Source of the DNA: Hydrolagus affinis
Taxonomy: Eukaryota
Length of the DNA: 63,801 nucleotides
Direction: 5' to 3'
Assembly: GCA_012026655.1 (NCBI GenBank)
Contig: JAAILG010001642.1
Location: 1-63,801, forward strand
In this document: one piece after another, positions 1 to 13,211 of the stretch
How positions within the stretch are numbered: position 1 is the stretch's first letter
Layout of the letters: each line of letters starts with the position of its first letter
Position numbers and translations under genes: made by a program
Notes under the pieces: generated by a model
Databases searched by the model: none
Told to the model about the DNA's origin: nothing
What the model saw: the letters and a program-made list of their open reading frames with translations, nothing else

Positions 1-99
1 CCCCGCCCCCACCACCTCCCCCACCGTCCTGGGGTTCATACTTGGTGGAATGTATAAATTTCAGTGAAATAAATCTGCCTGTTTCATTACTGGCATATT

Positions 100-560
100 T
101 GAATTGCCTGGTGTTAGAATTCTCACAGTAGTGAAATTTTACCAACACTAACATTTGAGATATCAGAGACCATGTCAAACCTGAAGTAATTGTCATGAAC
201 TGCTCCTTATTTTGTTCCAGAAGGCAGTATACAATCTCAGGGGATTCGACTATATGTATTGCGGATGTCTAAAAAAGACAAAGCATGGTTGAAAGATGCA
301 CACAAGTAGATGGGAAAGTGCTTCACTGGTATTTGATCTTATATGAAGAAATAAATGAGATGGGACTGTGATGAGGATCTCTCCATTGGAAAGACCAGAG
401 CTGGCAGGTTTCCATTTTTTTCCAGGGTCTGGTCAGTCGTGAAGAATGATTCCCATTCCGCTGATGAGACACTGATAAGGATAATTGGCTGACATCAGTC
501 ACAAGTTCGAGTATCTCATGAAGGTATACTCCATCAGGGTTGTCTGTACTCAACTGACTC
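100..560 (-). mobile_element. Highly decayed LINE (CR1/L2-like) ORF2 fragment, N-terminal RT region
   Basis: ORF 323..553 reads STDNPDGVYLHEILELVTDVSQLSLSV...PISFISSYK, resembling the LINE motif SPGPDGIxPRVLKELADEIxxPLSI...PISLTSxxCK. An FDMVS (AFDxV-like) remnant lies further downstream. Confidence 0.35.
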
Positions 561-950
561 TGAAGTGATAGAGTTCAGCCAATCCGAATGCTATATTTTC
601 AGTATGATTGAATAAGAATGAATCGTTTCATTGAACTGCATGCTATTTTGGTTTCTCCAGTTTAATGAAGGTTAAAGGACTTTTATGTTCATTTAAAACT
701 TTCACCTCGCCATTTCATTTTCGTTAAATACATTTCAATGAAGGGGTTAAAGCCTTAATTCTCAGAAAATCATGTGCAGAATAATTTTAACAGGAATATT
801 ATTATGATTAGGTGGTGCAAAATGGATATAAGGCATTGAGCCAATACAGAGTTCAAGGTATAGGAGGAGTAATTCATTACCTTTGTATATTGTGGTTGCT
901 GTTGTCATATTAGTTTTGATTTTAGATTCCTGGCATGCAATGGTCAAAAC

Positions 951-1099
951 AATAATAATAATCCTTGTTTTTGATATAGTGTCTTATCGCGTCATTGAGA
1001 CATCTCAAAGCGCTTCACAGATACATTGTAAAATGGATTGACTGTGTATTTTGTGGGTGGAATGCAAAACAATTGCGCACAACTGTGTCCCACAAATAG
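951..1099 (-). mobile_element. SINE 3' part (DeuSINE-related, L2-type tail)
   Basis: (AAT)n-CCTTG...CTCAAAGCGCTTCACAG...TTGACTGT...GTGTCCCACAAA is the reverse complement of the SINE tail seen repeatedly in this window. Confidence 0.85.
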
Positions 1100-2288
1100 A
1101 ATGGGAGCATGCAGTTCTCATTTCTCCACTGACTTGTTATTGAAGGATAAAAGGTTTCATATCTCAGGTGCTACAGTTGATTGCCTTGTGGACACGTTAA
1201 AGGACACCCTGTCTCGGAGGATTCTGAGAACAAGAAGACTGTCCCTAAAGGTTCAATTTTTTGCTGCTCTTGGATTCTTTGTTTCTTGCCTCTGGGTTAT
1301 TTTAGACTCAAGTAGGTGACATTGTAGGTTATAGCCAGCAGTCACTCAATAATAATGGTAATTGATGCATTGACAGAAGAACACCACACATTATTAAATT
1401 TCCTGCTGATGGGACGTACTGTACTTGAATTATGCAAACCTTTTATAAACTATTTGGCATAGCAAATGTATGCAATACAATTGACTGTACCAGGGTTCCT
1501 ATGTCTTAATGCCTAAATGAACTCTAGAAGCTACTACTTTATACACACTTTCAAACCACCCATGAACTACTGAAAGAAGACATTTGTTGTCCAAACCGAT
1601 AGATTAATAAATGGGCATGTTAATTTGGTAATATGTGCAGAAAGCTATTATATGATCCAAGCTGTAATGTTTATTAATGTTAGGCTATTACTTATGTATT
1701 TTTCCGTGCTTGCAACCTTTGCTAACATATAATCAAGTTGCATATTTTCATGATACTTGATAATACTAAAATCTGCAAGATTGTTTGGATAATGGGTGCC
1801 AAAAATCTGATCCCTTAACCAAAAGTGCAGATTATCCACTATTCTGTGAGCTCAAAGGGTAAAACAGTTGTGACTGTCCCTTGACCTAATGCTATAAAAA
1901 CTGGCTTGTAGAGAAGCCCATTTGATCAAATTTGTTAAATACAGCGGTAAATCATGATATAAATATTTATAAATCATCAAATAACCCGAACCAAACATTA
2001 AAAGACATCATGTGTACTTCTAGACAGTGGTGTGAAGAAAATACTACATGATTGTTTAAAAAAACTGGAAAATTGCTTTCCTTTCACATTTTAGCATTGA
2101 TTAAAATTATATTTTACTTTAGTGGTAACATATGTAGATCCTATCTAATATTTTTTAGTAAAGTCGATGAAAAAGCATAGCTATAGATTACGAATAAAGC
2201 ATCCATTGAATATACAACAACCTGCACTTATACAGTTCATAGGTATCATAGAACATCCATAGAAAATACACTTCAATGTTTTAGGTGG

Positions 2289-2658
2289 TAGCTTGGGTCA
2301 GTTGGTAGTAATTTCACAGTCAGAAGGTTGTGAGTTCAAGCCCCTCTCCAAGCAGGTGGTGGGGATGCACTGATTTGTTGGATGTGCTGTTATTCAGATT
2401 CGACATGAAAAGAAGGTCTCTTCTGCCTGTTCAGTTGGATGTTAGAGATTTCAAAAGAGAAGCGAGTTTCTCCCAGTGCCCTGGCCAACAACTCCCCAGG
2501 TAAAAGAAAATTGTTCATTCACTTCATGGCTGTTTGCAGGGTAATTGCTGTGTGCAAATTGGCTGCTGGTCACCTACATCATTCACTGTAAGTTACAGAA
2601 ATCTCTATTGTGAGATTTAGGATATTTCAACATGATATAATTGCGAGGTTCATTATTA
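2289..2658 (+). mobile_element. Near full-length, diverged DeuSINE (SacSINE1/AmnSINE1-like)
   Basis: tRNA-like head (GTCAGTTGGTAG...CAGAAGGTTGTGAGTTCAAG), Deu-domain-like core (TTTCTCCCAGTGCCCTGGCCAAC; GCTGTGTGCAAATTGGCTGC) and a decayed tail. Colinear with 48852-49293. Confidence 0.75.
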
Positions 2659-3966
2659 GAGATGCATTACATTTTCCCCTTTCTACTCTGCAGGCTAGGC
2701 AGCATGGCTTTTTGATGGCTTCAAGACAGTTTTCCAACTTCTAAGCACAGTACTGTAAACAATATTGTAAACAAATAAGCTTTTTAAAAAAAAAATAAAG
2801 AAGTTCACTTCCTTTTTGAATGCTATACATTGTCCCATTCAGATTCATTTTGAATTTTTCACATTTCTCTAACTCAGATAGACAAAACTTGGTTTACATG
2901 GTGTGCATTGGTGTACATCCTAACATTAGTCTAGATTTGCAGTGTGAGTTGATGATGTGGGCACATTAAGAAGAGTGAGGGGTTTCTTTGAAAGGTAATC
3001 CATTGGATTTGTGTGTTATAAGATGACTTCGAGAAGCAAACCAGTGCTGAGGTTAAATCTCATTAACAACTGCTTCAAGAATTCAGCAATTTAGGATCTT
3101 GTCTTGCTGTTAAAATTAAAGTTTACTGTTAATGTTGCAACTATATTCTATCTACATCATTAGTCTTCATAGTCAATATCACATAATTCTTCCTGTGCAA
3201 TTGGAAAAAACATGCTTTATGTCTTTTCCATGTAAATAGACAGGAGCATGATTGGATAGTGACACAACCCATTGTCTTTAATTACCACATACCCCTTGGT
3301 TCCAATCTCTGGGTGTCCCAGAGACACCAAAGCAAGAAGTTGCCTTGCAACAGAGAAAATACCTCTTCATTTATTTAATCTCAGACAGATTTATTTGAAT
3401 CTGGGGCTTTTCCTAATTAGTTTCACAAATATTATTGAGGACAATGCATTTCTAATGCACGTGGTGATTACAGTTATTCATTTTCATGCCATTTGGAGCT
3501 ATTCCAGGAGTCTGGACTATAGCTGGTGGATTTCTTGACTGCCTCCATGAATAAAAGTATTAATGCAAGGCAGCATCGTCCTTCGAATCTTAAAAGTGTG
3601 TGTTGATAGGAGCATTTGAGGAATATTGAGAGTCAACTATGTAAAGAATAAGAGTCTGATATTCGGTGATTTCTATCTCCTCCTTTAACCAAAATATGTC
3701 ACACCAACACCAGGAACATTTATCTTAAAGTAGATTGTAGTGCATCAGAGTTCCTATGAATTGCTGTGACATATTTCTGTTTTCCTTATTCTGGGAACTC
3801 ATTAGTGATTGTCACCTATTAGACGTAGTGATTTCTGTTGAATCCTTTTTATATTTTGCATCCAGTTGAATGAAGATTGAAATCCATATCTCTGTGAATC
3901 TGAATAAATGCTTGGTGAGAACATGGCAAACCAAGGTGCAAAGATACTTGTCAACAGCAGCAAGAT

Positions 3967-4032
3967 AGCAGCAGCAGCAGCAAAATTACACTTGTATAGC
4001 ACCTTTCACTCGAGGAGAACGTCCCAAGGCGC
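3967..4032 (-). mobile_element. L2 3' tail-only fragment
   Basis: Reverse complement GCGCCTTGGGACGTTCTCC...GTGAAAGGTGCTATACAAGTGTAATTTT(GCT)n matches the L2 tails at 14038-14100 and 38562-38625. Confidence 0.7.
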
Positions 4033-4643
4033 GGAACGTTACCTATTACTCAAACAAGCTATTATCCTTAACAATAGCAGCTAGTAAGGAGTGGAATAAC
4101 CAACCCTACATTAAGAAATGAACACTGAAGTCTCCCACTGGCTACAGGGGAGTTTGTCACTTGTTAACACGGAAGCTTACAGCCTTATGAGAAGTCAATC
4201 AGGCCACGGAGGAGCATGTGTGACTGTAAATACTGGGCATAGAAATCATTTCAGATCATATTTTAATTTCAAATGCAGTAACATAGAGAGTGGGCATTAC
4301 ATGTGCCAGTAGAAGTAGCAAAACCCCTGCTTTTCTGTAAGATTTCAGATCATGTACAGTGACACTGAAAACAATTTTAATACTACTGCACTAATTAAGT
4401 TACTTGAATATTGGGACCTTTATTGCTGTAATATTGACTTTAAATTGATCATTATATTAAACAATTATTTGTTTAAAAAAAACAATCATTGCATCCCTTG
4501 CCTTCTCTTGTTATCTATTCAACTCTATTCTCTCTGTATACCATTTCTATATTTTTGAATTTAGGTTGATTTTTCCATGCTTAAAGTGGTCTATATATCC
4601 TATTCTTTGCAGTAACTATTTTCTGAAAATATATATTTTGTGT

Positions 4644-4997
4644 GGTCCTGTAGCTCAGTGATGGGAGTTTGATTCTAGGCAGCGCGATACCTTGGGCAAA
4701 GATACCCTAAAAAAATAATAAAATTGGTCATTTGAACCCACAACTGTTTGTGGGACACTGCTGTGCGCAATTGACTGCTGCATTTCACCCACAAAATATA
4801 CAGTCAATTCACTTTACAGTATATTCTGTGAAGCGCTCTGAGACATCGATTAGATGTGAAAAGTGCTATATCAAATGCAAGGATTATTATTATGTAGACA
4901 ATCAGTTCACTTTACAGTATATTCTGTGAAGCGCTTTGAGACATCTAGAAGATGTGACCAGCGCTATATCAAATGCAAGGAATATTATTATTATTAT
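4644..4997 (+). mobile_element. Short tRNA-headed SINE with tandemly duplicated 3' tail
   Basis: Head GGTCCTGTAGCTCAGTG...GTTTGATTC and body GTTTGTGGGACACTGCTGTGCGCAATTG. The tail CAGT.A.TTCACTTTACAGTATATTCTGTGAAGCGCT...ATCAAATGCAAGG(ATT)n occurs twice (~4801-4893 and ~4899-4997). Confidence 0.85.
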
Positions 4998-6149
4998 AAA
5001 ATGCATACATAGAGAATTATTGACACTTCCAGAAATAGAAGGCAACACACTGGCAATGGTGTTAATGGATACGAAGATATGAAGGAACTAGGAATCGGAA
5101 GTTATTTCACAGACTTGTTCTGCACCTGATTCTCTGCTCCACTTTACACCATCTCCCAACATACATATTTGATTGAGTATATTGAACACCATAATTAAGG
5201 AGTTAAAAAGATAGTTTGAAAAATGGCACTCACAGTGATGATTGCAATATTTGTGCTGGGAGAAGCATCAAACCAAGTTTTGAGCATAATTACTTATGGT
5301 AAAAAAAATCATTACTGGCTGATTAATCAATGAAGCATACAAAGAATATTTAATTAGATAAATCAGTACCTTGTATGTCTTGCAATCCTTTGTTCAAAAA
5401 CCAAAATAAACCAAATTAACCAAAATAAACCAAAGGCCGAGTTTATACTGGATTTCTGTGGCAGTTTGCCCTGAACAATGCCCTATAATACTGGGTTGAG
5501 TTGTACAATACAGTAGAGTGAATCATGCTTTAGTCCTGCTGCTGAGGAGTCCTTAACTAGGTGCTTTTGGCAGGACTTCTATTCACGCCACTGTAGTCAA
5601 TGAAGTGGGTGGAATCAAAACTGGCTCCAATCCCAAGCGTTCCCTTAGTTCTTGGGTGATCAAATGAACTGAAGGGAGTTTATCCCCTTTGTAATAGTAG
5701 AAAAGAGCCATCACATGAGATGTTAGTACAAATCGGGCTTCGGTCTCCACAGCGCTTTACTATAAGTGAATCACTTCACTTCAGCAGTATAAACCAGTCA
5801 TAAGTATTTGCTTGGAACCAATCTGAATGAACAGTAGAAATAGTTAACCGACTAGGATTCTATCACAATTCACTGATGATTACTGTATGTCCACTCATCA
5901 TTTACCCCTTTTTTTATACAATCGCAAGTATGCTTTAAAAATGTATTCCTAGGTTTTGCCAGTACCCAACTTGTCCTCTTCACAGTGCAAACTATAGGAT
6001 AATGCGCTAATGTAGCGATACTGATAAATATGAGTTTCATTTTACTGTTTATACAGTCTAAAGTGACTGAAATTCAAACTTGATATTTTCCATCTGTTGA
6101 TGTGTCATGCTGCCAAAATTTAAATCCAGGTAGGAACTCACACATGCGC

Positions 6150-6480
6150 AAACACATACACCATAGTTGGGATACGTTGTTTAAAGACATGCATTTCCAG
6201 TCTGTAGTTTTGAGAGACTGAAGTATTGGCCTGCTAAAATCTTTAACTGAGTTTTTAACGTGGAATGTTCTTTGTACACTACTTCCAGTACTCTGTAAAC
6301 AAATGCCAAAATACACTTTCCACTGACAGCAAAACCTTGCCCAGAATTCATTATAACTGAGTGATCTTGGTGCTGTGGTTTTGCAGAGCATTCAAGGATT
6401 CTGTGGATTGTTGATCTACTTCCTAAACCTTGCATACAGAACAATATATTTCAAGAATTTATGGGATCCCTTTAGACTGA
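6150..6480 (-). mobile_element. Ancient CR1-type ORF2 C-terminal remnant
   Basis: MLCKTTAPRSLSYNEFWAR resembles LYKTLVRPHLEYCVQFWxP, and SSVQRTF resembles LERVQRRF. Frameshifted. Confidence 0.35.
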
Positions 6481-7020
6481 GGTTTGGAATATGCTGCTTT
6501 TAAAAACATTTGCTCTAGTTTAAAAATGATTAATAGTATAACTAACAGTATTAGTGTAGTAATGGTGAGCCTGTAAGCCATTTTACAGAATTACATAGCA
6601 CAATGTTTTAAATGTGGCATCAGTTATATGTTAAATTTATTACCATAAATTATATATTGTTAAAACATAGAAAATGCAAGATTTTGGTTGTCTGTTACTA
6701 ACTGGTTATTTGCAGAGTCACTTGATCCATTCAGGCTCATTCAGTGATTTGTCTGCCAGACAAAGGTAGATTAATCACTCCAGTGATCCTTTTTCCCTGA
6801 GTAGATTCTCTTCCATATTATTCTGGGTTATTCCTAGGCAGCACTGGCTCTGGGGCTTGTACTTACAAAGGCAGCGGTGTGCATTTCTGCCTAAATTCAT
6901 CGAGAGTCGTAGCTCTGTGGAATGCACAACATTTTAAACAAATACAATCCAAAGAATTTGCACAGAATACAGTCATGTAAATAACATGCATCTTGCACTC
7001 TACCCGCTTCAGTGTATATT

Positions 7021-7137
7021 CAGCATTTTGGCCACAAATATACAGTCAATTCAATTTCCACTATATTCTGTGAAGCACTTTGAGACATCTAGAAGATGTG
7101 AAAAGTGCTGTATCAAATGCAAGGATTATTATTATTA
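7021..7137 (+). mobile_element. SINE 3' tail
   Basis: ACAGTCAATTCAATTTCCACTATATTCTGTGAAGCACTTTGAGACATCTAGAAGATGTGAAAAGTGCTGTATCAAATGCAAGG(ATT)n. Confidence 0.9.
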
Positions 7138-7670
7138 ACAAATAACTTCCCCATAGGTAATATTTTTTGGTGGGCGGGATTGGGGAGAGGAGGAGGGGGT
7201 TGCGTGTATAAGGAAACAAACTTCCTTAAAAAATAAGAGGAACAGCAATTCATTTTCATTTTTATTATCAAGTCACCAAATTAATCTGAAAATGATGTCC
7301 ACTTTGCCCTTACAACTCCAATCAGTAGTTCTGATTGTCCCGATTCTCAGATTGAATCAAACAGAAGCTGCTGCTATATTAACCAATTAGTATGTTATAT
7401 ATTTCACATGAACTAGAATGTATATTAGCACATAGTCACAATTTTATATAGCACTTGGAAGCCCTTGACCTCAGACCTCAGTGCAAATACTTTCACCAAG
7501 GTATTTTACTTTGTACAGTATCTTGAAAATTTCAAGTGGAGAGTGTCCTACTGGCCCTAAGCACTGCTGGTTTAACACCCAAATATTGTGAGCCTAATGG
7601 GCTGAAAACAAGGAATAATTTCCTATTTCCTTTTAAGTATGTCATTAGGGCCATCCATGAATTTAATATG

Positions 7671-7791
7671 ATAATAATAATTTTTGCATTTGATATAGCG
7701 TTTTTTACATCTTCTAGATATCTAAAAGTGCTTCACAGAATATACTATGAAGTGAATTGACTGTAGATTTGTGAGCAAAACGCAGCAGCCA
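7671..7791 (-). mobile_element. SINE 3' tail
   Basis: Reverse-complement copy of the same tail; forms an inverted pair with 7021-7137. Confidence 0.85.
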
Positions 7792-8539
7792 TATGTATTT
7801 ATAAATAAATAAAATATATATTTATGTATTTATAAAATCATGACAACAATCCAGATACATTTTCTTTCATTGTGTTTGTATAACACAGAGCTAGAACTGT
7901 TTTGAGTGAATTTCAGGGAATGACAAGGATCCTTCCTGATGACTCCCTGCATCTTTCCATTTTCATTGGCTCTGGTTGCCTTCAGTGGTGAAGCCGACTA
8001 CAGTCTTTGTCTATTTGTCTATCTGGGTCCTAAATGGGATGTCCTCCAAAGATCAGAGGTTACACAGCTTTAAACTCTTTTCTCATAGCATGTGTTGTTC
8101 TGTAATCCAAAATGTGCATTACTGGCCTATTTGTTTTTTTAATTTCAATTTGGCAGAAAGAAATCCTGAAATACCAGTATGGGCTGTGTCGCCAGGTAAA
8201 CAGACACCTGCTGAACACAGAAATGTTCCTCATTGTACTAGCAACTTTGACTTACTCCATTCATTCTGTCCTCCTCTAGCATGACTGGTTGGCAGGTAAG
8301 GTCATACCAATCCCTAGTGGTTTAGTGGCAGCACATATTCCAATTCCCTGGAGGCCAAAATCATGAGATCGTAGTACAGGTTCAAATGAAGAACTTCCTT
8401 TTCTTAAATGAGTCCAGTGCCCTGGCCTAACTTAATTCAGAAATTCCTCCTTGAAACCAAAGTGTTCAGATTTGGAACAATCGGACTCAAAAATCCAAAC
8501 GCTGACTCAGTTTTCAATGTTTTAATTTGAATGGATCGG

Positions 8540-9000
8540 TGGAATGATCTGTCATGGTTAATCCAATGACCTGATGTGAGAAACAGCTGGACACTTAATA
8601 TTTTGTGCCGCTTATTATTGTAGATATTCTTCTGAAGATCATTCCTGTAATTTTTAATATGTTTAGGTACCATGACCTATGTTATGATTTCTATTTCTTT
8701 ATGGAGAAATATGCCAAATATAATTAGAAACAAGAAGGCAGGTCTTTGACAGAAGGCACATTGTGTGCTTGAAGAGCTGTACCGCACAGACTGAGACCTC
8801 AGAGTAGATTTGTCTGCAAACCTCTCACTCCGTTTCTGGCTCAGGGAAGTTGTCACCCCTGACTGTAATATGTTCTGAGGGTATACATACAGTGTCAAAA
8901 GAAATTTGTACCCCTATGTATTCCCTCTTTAAACTACAGAACCTGTCACAAAAACTCATAAAGGCAGTGTACGTACCTGAAAACCAGGCAAATCTCAAGT
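8540..9000 (-). mobile_element. Ancient CR1-type RT fragment
   Basis: Successive frames give SSTQCAFCQRPAFL (QHGFxKGRSCL-like), IFGIFLHKEI (LLEFFEEV-like) and YRNDLQKNIYNNKRHKILSVQL (YLDFQKAFDKVPHKRLLxKL-like), in the correct order. Confidence 0.4.
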
Positions 9001-11360
9001 ACCATTTAATGCCTTTATATAATGGATTCATTCATTACACTCTCAGGGTCAGCCTTTATAATATTAGTGCCTTAAACTAACCAGCACTGGTCTGGGCAAT
9101 AATGCACTGTTATAACATTATGACTGAATATATCTTTAACAGAGGTCCGAGGCGTAAGCAGCACTAAAATCAGTCTTTCGCAGACGAAGCTGCTAAGCTT
9201 GAAGGAAAACACAACCTTATTTACAAGAGAAATATACAATGTGGGACTGTGTATGTAGCTACGTGGCATATTTTAAATTTGTACTGAAACGTATTATGCT
9301 GACTGCAAAAATAATGCATAAATTGAAACAGCCTTGAGGTTAGGCATAGACAGGCATCAGCTGTACTGCACGTTATTGAAGAAAATAAAGAAATTCGTAA
9401 GAAATCTATTTCCTGTGCATTGTGAAGTATTAATAGGTCATTTTAGCTTGATTTGATACAACTTCTACTGCACATAAGGGTTAATCATTCCAGTGGTTTT
9501 CAGCAGCTACATGTTCTCGAGGGAAGTTTTGAACAGACCACTGTGTAGTATGGGGTTAGTTGCACTGTCCTGGGGTCATGCAGGTCAGCTGATAACTGCA
9601 CTTTGAGACTCAGGCTCCTGTGAGACACAGCTGCCAAGCTCATCTTGTCAACCATTATGGCCATTGTTCTTTCGTATTCTACTGGTTAAAACACAGCACA
9701 CTGTGGTAAGTAATTGGATAGATAGTTCAGGTCTGTGATCAGTGGGAGTTTACATGGTAATAGCAGTGCACACTTTGCCAGATCCACATAACATTTTCAC
9801 GGGACACTTATTCTTAGCAGACTGTAAAAGAGAGTAAGGTACTAACACAAATTCAAATTGAGAATGCTGGTGAGAGGTGACCATTATTCATACTGCTGCA
9901 GGGGTTACGAAGGTATATAAAGCAACCATTCATGAGATTAAGCACTTTAAAACAGAAATAAAAATACAAATGCTCTGTAGTTTAGTAGTGCAGATAAAAC
10001 CTGGCTGGACAGTGATAGTGATACCTGCTGTTATGTGGATAATTTTATTAATGGCTCTACTTTCAACCGTTCTTCCTTTGTCTTTCCTTCCAACCCATTC
10101 TCTTCTTACACAGAATAGTTGTGTTTCACCTGGTGAAGGTCACTGCCTGAGATAATTTGAACAAGATTTAAAACTATATATAAAAAAAATCAATAGATGG
10201 TGTTCAGACTGAGGGTGATTTTTTGTGTAGGGCAGGGTGCCAAGGTTCAGAGGGCAACTACCGACCTCTTTTCACCCATCCTGCTGCAGGGGGAAGACAC
10301 TCCCCAAGACTCAACTCTCCACGGACTGTATAATTTCAGGAATGCTTGATGTAACCCATACATCACTGTCTCCCACACTAGGTGTAAAATTAAACTCTAA
10401 TGTACAAAGTTAAACCAAAACGAGATAAAAATTGGCAGGGGTTTGAATAGGATCATAGTGGACCAGACACAAGGTGGGTGCTGGACCCTGTGATTTATAC
10501 AACGCAGGACACTGAGGCATTTCGAATACACAGCAAATCTTAGATACTGTTTGTAAATATACAGATTGATTAATGGGACTGAACACTGTGGCCTAGAAGG
10601 AAGTACTATTAGAATAAAAATTCTACAATCGTGGCAAACAATAATTCCTAATTTTAAGACATAGAATAGTTTAATAAACAGGGTCTTTTAACCCCTGCTT
10701 TCCCAGTCAGTTTTCTCAAAATGGATGTTTTTCTTTCTTTCAAAGTCCTCATCCTCCATTGAATTTCACTTTGAGACATTTTTTGAGCTGAACATTGCAG
10801 CCACCACCTATTACCCAATCAGTCAGGTGTCGAGGTCTCTCAGAGTAGCCGCACATTTTGAAATCAGGCACATGTTTGGCGACCACTCCTTGGTCAGTGA
10901 ATGTGTGGTCACCTACACCTGTGCATCACAGGGGTTAGGCATTCCAGTGATTTACAATGGTGCATATACACAACAAGGGAAAAACTGGCTGGATGTGAAG
11001 ATGTGAACACTATGTACAGATTCAAATAGTAGCTGAACTTAAGAACATACTCTACAGTTGCATTCAAAATATCCAACTAGACACTTAATGAAGCAGATAC
11101 CTTTATCTGTGAAGCACCCTTATACTATCAGACTTGTCAGTGAAACCTTGAAGATGTTTTGAAATCAAGCAGCTGTACACTTTTCCAAGTTAGACTTGAC
11201 AAGAGGGCTATTTATGGGCAAGAAGCAAGCAGATAGCATTTTAATTAGTTAACATATTCTTGCATGAAGAATTGTTCCCTTTAATAAAAGCATTTGGAAG
11301 GTTCACTTTGTACATGATTACGGAATTAAAAGCATCCATACAATAACAAAGGCGATAACT

Positions 11361-11475
11361 AATAATATAAAAATAACTCTTGCGTTTGTTATCGCAGCTC
11401 ATCACATCATTGAAACATTTCAAAGCGCTTCACAGGAAATACTGTAAAGTGTAGTGACTGTATTTTGTGTGCGAA
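11361..11475 (-). mobile_element. SINE 3' tail
   Basis: TCAAAGCGCTTCACAGGAAATACTGTAAAGTGTAGTGACTGTATTTTGTG. Confidence 0.8.
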
Positions 11476-12549
11476 AAATTATTGTTCAAGTTTAGCAGCA
11501 AATAAAGCTTTATTTCACAAGAATGAGAGACTCTTAATTCATGAGAACCCCTGGAATGTGTAGGCTTTTCTCACACACAGAACAAGGAAGATATCCACCA
11601 ATCCTGGTCCAACACACTTTTTGTAAAAAAAAATGCCAAAAAGAACAAAAGGTCATTTTCTCTGAATTTTAAAATGTGGTTACCGCACCTCAACGTTGAT
11701 ATATATGCTGGTTGTCAGGGAAACGTGAATTTATTTGCTAGAACTAACCTCAGTCGGCAGTTCCTATGGATGAGACAGCCCACGGTTTTGTGCTTCCATA
11801 GCTCTGAATGGATTAGTGGAGCACTGCATTCCGCGGCTGCCAATAACCTCAGTATTAGTGGAATAAATCGGTTATATCACCCAGATGTAGGAAACCAAAT
11901 AACACAGCTCGAAAGTTATAAAGGGTTCCATCTGGATATAATGTATGCAATAAAATATTCTCATCAAGCATTTGGCTTATTTCACAAGTTTACAGTGCAA
12001 TTTTGGTCCAAGCTGATGTTTGATTTAATCTTGGCTGTTCATTTGTTCTTAGCTGTTTTGTGGAAAGCCAAGTTATATTGTGTGTGTGTGATATCAGCAT
12101 TACTGATCACGATGCAATATCAAATTGACAGAACAAAGGTAAGCTGAGGAAAAAAGATGATACCCCTTGAAATCCAGGCCGTGGAGCTATATCAGATATT
12201 AGAGCATTGATACATAGTGCCTCATGGGTTGGCACTGAGCTCATACATGCAATGTTGCTGACTGTAAGCTTACCCCAGCAAGATGCTCAATGCAAACCGT
12301 TGAACGTTCTTGCACCAAAGTAGAGGGATTCAGAGGGAGGATTATCCCAGCTGGTAGTAAACAGCCTCGGGGATGGAATTGGCAGACGTCTGTGAGCAGT
12401 GATGTGTAAAGAACCGTCCAGAAAAGGGTTAAAATCATCCAAGAGAATTAGTGCGACTCCCACCAAATAATGAAGTAAACCTAGGCGATAGCACAAAGGT
12501 AATATACTGGTCAACAGACAGTACAGATTTTGCTAGGACAGGTGGTTGA

Positions 12550-13211
12550 CAATACAATACAAAATAACATTTGTAAAGTGCCTTTCATATTGGGAGGATG
12601 TACAAGAGCACTGAATAGTCAGGGATTAGGGCCTGAGTGGGAGGGAGGGATCAGTGAGGATGGAGGGCAGAGAGGGTAGGAGGATGGCCAAAGGGCACAG
12701 ATGAAAAGGAGGGTCTTGAGTCATGCCTTAAAGGAGCCAAAGGAGGGGCTAAATGAAGGGAATGTGGAATGCAGTTCCAGAAGGTGATGGGGGAGAGAGG
12801 CTCCGGCCTACCCATGCGCCCGTCCGACCTGTCCCTGCCGATGGTGGGGCAGGTCGGACGGGCACATGGGTAGGCCGGAGCATGCTGAGTGGAGGGGTAG
12901 ATGAGTTGATAAGGGGTGAGTGGGTCATAGAGGTATTTGGGGGCAAGGCCTTGGAGGTCCTTGAACATGAGGACAAGGATTTTGAACTTGATCCTCTGAG
13001 GGATGGGTAGCCAGTGGAGCCAGGCAAGGGTGGATGTGACCACGTCATGGAGCCTAGTGAGGGAGAGGACATGAGCTGCCACATTCTGGATGATCTGCAG
13101 CTTTTGGAGGGAAGGCCAACAAGCAGGGCGGTAGCATTGTTGAGCCTGGTTGTACTGAAGGCATCTATCAAGGTTTTGGAGGCCTGAGAGGTGAGTCAGT
13201 GGCAGAGGCAA
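12550..13211 (-). mobile_element. L2 LINE 3' fragment (ORF2 C-terminus + 3' tail), 5'-truncated
   Basis: ORF 12651..13211 contains LQIIQNVAAHVL...LAWLHWLPIPQRIKFKILVLMFKDLQGLAPKYL...FWNCIP, the L2 ORF2 C-terminal signature. L2-type tail at 12550-12612. Confidence 0.92.
12801..12880. repeat. 80-bp inverted repeat (35-bp arms, 33/35 complementary, 10-nt loop) inside the L2
   Basis: Left arm 12801-12835 CTCCGGCCTACCCATGCGCCCGTCCGACCTGTCCC; right arm 12846-12880 GGGGCAGGTCGGACGGGCACATGGGTAGGCCGGAG. Confidence 0.97.

Noticed and set aside
1648-2000. Possible ancient LINE RT remnant (FWLRDQ etc.)
   Set aside because: The motif matches are too fragmentary to support a call.
11870-11942. Imperfect inverted repeat (TTATATC..CAGATG / CATCTGGATATAA)
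   Set aside because: It needs several gaps and I cannot distinguish it from chance or a very old MITE remnant.
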